A DNA stretch of 64,000 bases from the human T2T-CHM13v2.0 reference genome, Homo sapiens, in the NCBI RefSeq assembly GCF_009914755.1, contig NC_060928.1. One strand, given 5' to 3'. The translations under genes and the position numbers were made by a program. Positions 59,495 through 64,000 of this stretch are shown piece after piece. The notes under the pieces were generated by a model that had not been told where the DNA came from, did no database searches, and saw nothing but the letters and a program-made list of their open reading frames with translations. Positions within the stretch are counted from its first letter, which is position 1; each line of letters begins with the position of its first letter.

Positions 59495-59783
59495 TCTCTC
59501 TCTCTCTTTTTTTGAGACAGGGTCTCCCTCTGTTACCCAGGCTGGAGTGCAGTGGCGCACTCATGACTCAATGCAAACTTGAATTTGCCTGGACTCAAGT
59601 GATCCTCCCACCTCAGCCTCCCAAGTAGCTGAGACTATAGGCATGCACCAACATGCCCAGCTAATTTTTGTAATTTTTGTAGAGATGGAGTTTTACCACG
59701 TTGCCCAGGTTGGTCTTGAACTCCTAGGCTCAAGCAATCTCCTAAAGTGTTGGGATTACAGGCATGATCCACTGCTCCCAGCC
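59495..59783 (-). mobile_element. AluJ carrying the p53-like site
   Basis: GATCCTCCCACCTCAGCC and CTCCTAGGCTCAAGC diagnostics. Confidence 0.92.
59639..59658 (+). promoter_or_regulatory. p53 response element-like sequence inside an AluJ
   Basis: AGGCATGCAC CAACATGCCC: two RRRCWWGYYY half-sites, no spacer, one mismatch each, about 1.93 kb upstream of exon 1. Confidence 0.7.
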
Positions 59784-61517
59784 TTAATTCTTTTAAAAAG
59801 GGGAAAATGAGGTTTTTCACTATTGCTCCAATCACCATCATAGCTAAATAAGTTAATGCACATAGTTAAGAAATGTACAGTAGAGAGAAAACAATCTGTG
59901 TTGTATTTAGAAACTAGCAAGAATTAAGGACTAATAATATCTGAATATGAACTGGTATTAAGCCCAAACTACTGCATCAGGAGACCATCAATAAAATTTA
60001 TTTATCGAGAGCCATTCATTAGTCAACCAAAGTCGTGGGAAATTTAATCTGTATAAGGAGTCATAAGGCATAAGGGATAGGTATGAAGGATTGTTGAGAT
60101 GATGTGTTTTATTTCGCTAATAATGCATATGACACCATTCCAATTTTTTTAAATTTAAAACAACAATCATTTATTTGCTTGCTTCTCAAGCCTGGGTAAT
60201 CGTGTTTGGCAATGAGACCTTGTTGCATGCTTGCTAATATCCCACTGGTCAAAGCTAGTCAAATGGCCAAGCCTAGAGTCAGCGTGGGAGAAGGCCACAC
60301 AAGGGTTTGAATTCTGAGGACGAGTCTCTTTCATTGAAGGCCAAAGAAACAGTCTACCTCAGAGGGTTGCTGGGGAGCTATAATGCAAAGAATAAACCTC
60401 ACCCTGCCTTCAAGGCGCTCACAGAGAAGAAATCTTTTGAATATTAGTGAAGTTTTCCTGGACATCCCAATGGATAGATGTGAGGGACAGTCACGTACTC
60501 AGGACATCTGTTTGCTTATGGTGTTATGTTACAGATGTCACAAATGAAAATCAGAGACATGTAGCCCTGAGCCCAGTAACTATAAAGCGGTCTAGCTGAA
60601 GCTGGAGCCCACAAGAGGGCACTTTGCACCATGATGCACGCTTGTTTCTTGCCATCAGCTCTGCAATGAGTTCAAGCTAATGCCATGTCCCAGCCGTCCA
60701 GTTGTTTTATGACTTGTGTGATTGAAGCATATGGTGGCTTGTGGCATGTTCTTAGGCAAACCACTCACCTCCCTAGGTTTCGTTTTCCTAATTTCTCAAA
60801 CAAGGGAGTTAGATTAGGTGGTCTATAGTTCCTTCCAATTGTGATATTTCACTATATAACAATATAGTTATAATAGATCATAGCACATCTGTAATGAAAA
60901 AAAGTGAGTTCATTTCTTAACAAGTACATTTACTTAACTAGTTGGAGTCATTAAAGCAAATTAAGAACGAAATTCTTAGTTAATCTGAACTTTTCTGGGC
61001 ATACTGATCTGTTCCCTAACGCGTCTGACCGTGGAAAAGTGGATCAGCAGGAGTGGGACTGGCTCTCAGCTTTGCCATGTTTGGCTCTTTCTCTGCTGTG
61101 AAACTCAGTTTCTTCCTGGATCAAGAGGTTAATTTCTGCCGGTGTTATTTTACAGTGTTGCAAAGAGATAAAAGCCAGACGAAAGAAGGGAAAGTACTTC
61201 AGCTTTGATTAGGGATTTTTTTTTCTGTCCCTGTGACCATACACTACTCAATTCTGACAGCTTCGCATGAGTCTAGCAGAAAATTGAGGGATTCACTGTT
61301 ATTCCTTAACTTGCAGAGGTCCAGACCCGCCCACATCAAATGGTGAGGTCCCCACTTTCAACTTTAGCTGTTGCTAAATCTGTGACCCTTTCAATGAAAT
61401 CCAAGGATCTCAGCTTAAAAAAAGTTAAAATAAAATAAAAACTAGGTGTTTTTCAGAGGCGGTTTGAAACGCCTCTCTGAGGTTGTCAGAGATTGTTTTT
61501 GTTTTCTCCCTTTGCCC

Positions 61518-61526
61518 TTCTTGGAA
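61518..61526. promoter_or_regulatory. GAS/STAT element
   Basis: TTCTTGGAA is an exact TTCN3GAA match, about 30 bp upstream of the ISRE. Confidence 0.7.
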
Positions 61527-61555
61527 TGCACCAAACATAAAAGCATTTTTTTTCA

Positions 61556-61574
61556 AGCTTTACTTTCACTTTCG
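61556..61574 (-). promoter_or_regulatory. TLR3 promoter IRF-E/ISRE overlapping the TSS
   Basis: AGCTTTACTTTCACTTTCG; the reverse complement contains GAAAGTGAAAGT, a tandem GAAANNGAAA match. TLR3 is a known IFN-inducible gene. Confidence 0.88.
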
Positions 61575-61660
61575 AGAGTGCCGTCTATTTGCCACACACT
61601 TCCCTGATGAAATGTCTGGATTTGGACTAAAGAAAAAAGGAAAGGCTAGCAGTCATCCAA
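61567..61660 (+). other. TLR3: TLR3 exon 1 (non-coding 5'UTR exon); intron 1 starts at 61661 and runs past the window end
   Basis: CACTTTCGAGAGTGCCGTC...GGCTAGCAGTCATCCAA matches my recollection of the TLR3 mRNA 5' end, which continues CAGAATCATG in exon 2. A canonical GTAAGT donor follows at 61661. Confidence 0.93.
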
Positions 61661-62769
61661 GTAAGTGAAGGTGTTCATTTCACGTTCTTACTGGGCAGGG
61701 TCTCTCTTGCTGAGTAGAGTTTGCTAGCAGAATGCATGTGGTTTTAGCCTTCTTTGGTCTTTCTTTGATCTGGTGCTTGAAATCTAGTCAGAATTATTCA
61801 GGAAGGAAAGTGGAAGAAAAGGGATATGATATGGGCATGGGAGAAGGGTATAACTCAGAACACAAGTAATAGCACCAATATCTAGTTAATGTGATAATGT
61901 ATTTATGCAGTATTTAATTTTTTTCTCTGTAGCATTCTGTACCTGGAAAAAACACATTAGGGAAGCTATGGAAATCATTTTGCAACAGTCTTTTTAGCAA
62001 ATCACATCTTTGCCTTAAAGAAACAAAACTCCAAGAGGTTAAAAGAGCGTATCCCCTTTTGTTAGTTTTATTGGCTGGAGGGGAGACAGGAGCTGGCATT
62101 GTATGACAATGTCTTAGATAGGAGAGAACATTCAGGTATGCCTAGGAGTAAGTAAATGGCTTTCTTTCACCTAATGAAGGATAATGGAAGAAGTGGAGAA
62201 GTGGAGAGTTGTTAAGGTGTATGGGAAGATCAGAAACTGGTATCGGCAATTGTGGGGTACTCGGGTAAAAATGGAGTTGGCTTCAGCAAGTTGATTCCCA
62301 GGTTTACAGATGATTACGTGCTGGTATGTGTCTTCATATGGGCGTGCCTGTGTATGAACCTACTACAAAGGTTGCAAAGTTTACAAATCAAACTCTGGAT
62401 AGTGGTTAACTCCAGGTAGTCTGCCTCCAGACCCCATGTCCTAACCATCAGGCAATATTGTCTCTCACTTGGACAAAGAATGTGAATTCCATGTGCCCTC
62501 ACAAAATATTTCCAAAATTCTAAGGCTGAGTGAGTCTCTTTTTAATTTTTTTTCATTTTTTTTATTTCTGCTAGATCTCATTCAACAGCAACGTTTTCTT
62601 CACTCTCATTTCATCCTTTAACTGCATTTTTGCTTGTTTTACTGAAGCATGTCCTAGAATAACCTTTTCATACAGATCGTATGGCTATAAACTTACTGAA
62701 TTTTTGCATATCTCAAAATACTTATACCTTTTTATTTAGTTATTCAGATGGATGTGAAATTTCCCTATC

Positions 62770-63088
<319 letters not shown>

Positions 63089-63121
63089 AGGTAATTTTCT
63101 TGGCCTGGTCAAAGGTAATTT

Positions 63122-63412
<291 letters not shown>

Positions 63413-64000
63413 ATATGAAATTTTAAATTCAAAATAATTTTCTCTAAATGTTTGGAAAGCTTATCTCTATTGTTTTCCAGTGGTTCATGTTACTGATGAA
63501 AAGTTTTTTATTAATCAAGATCTCTTTTCTTTGGAAATGAAGGTTTTAGGATTTTTGTGTGCATGGTTGCAATTCTGAAATTTCATAGGAGTCTCTCCAA
63601 GTTTGTTCCTCTTTCACTCCTCCTGCCTAGCATTTGGTGAGTTTTGCCCACTGATGAAATGTCTTCAGATGGGGCAAGTCCTTAAGTCATTCAGGGATAT
63701 GCTTTGTAATGGATTAGTCCTTCTCAGCAATTCTGACCTATAGCAGGAGCCCTACCAGAGGGGTACATCTCACCTAAGCAAGGAGAATGTATTGTAGGGA
63801 CCTTACCTATGAGTTGGTAAATAGAGATAGGAAGTTCTGAAGGAACTGGAAGAGAGGTTTGGGACACTCTCAGAGAGGGGGCAGGTGGGGAGCTGGTCCC
63901 CAGCATTTGAGAGGTATCATTGCCAGCCCTGCATCCTTCACGTGCCTGGGCAAGTCAGCAAATGCATCCTTGCTGGCCTAGCTGTGGCATTCCTCATGGC

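Overview
Human (or great-ape) genomic DNA, not microbial. Positions 61567-61660 match, from memory, non-coding exon 1 of TLR3 and are followed by a GTAAGT donor. The window is therefore about 61.5 kb of TLR3 upstream sequence (4q35.1) plus the start of intron 1. No intact protein-coding exon is present; the long ORFs come from tandem repeats, Alus or retroviral relics. Contents: (1) the TLR3 promoter (IRF-E/ISRE, GAS, ETS site, two uATGs) and an Alu-borne p53-like element about 1.9 kb upstream; (2) a 5.65-kb env-less HERV-H provirus (minus strand) inserted inside an AluS, back-to-back with a HERV-K(HML-2) LTR5 solo LTR that points at TLR3; (3) three large minisatellites (45, 66 and 14 bp units); (4) 3'-truncated U2 and U4 snRNA retrocopies with target-site duplications (TSDs); (5) a nested MER4/MST/LTR8/AluY stack, about 30 Alus, and L1, L2, MIR, Tigger1 and MER5 relics; (6) one strong CTCF motif. 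I see no demonstrably new system. The best lead is a hypothesis that transposon- and VNTR-derived elements tune TLR3 in cis. Repeat subfamily names are from memory and need Dfam/RepeatMasker confirmation.
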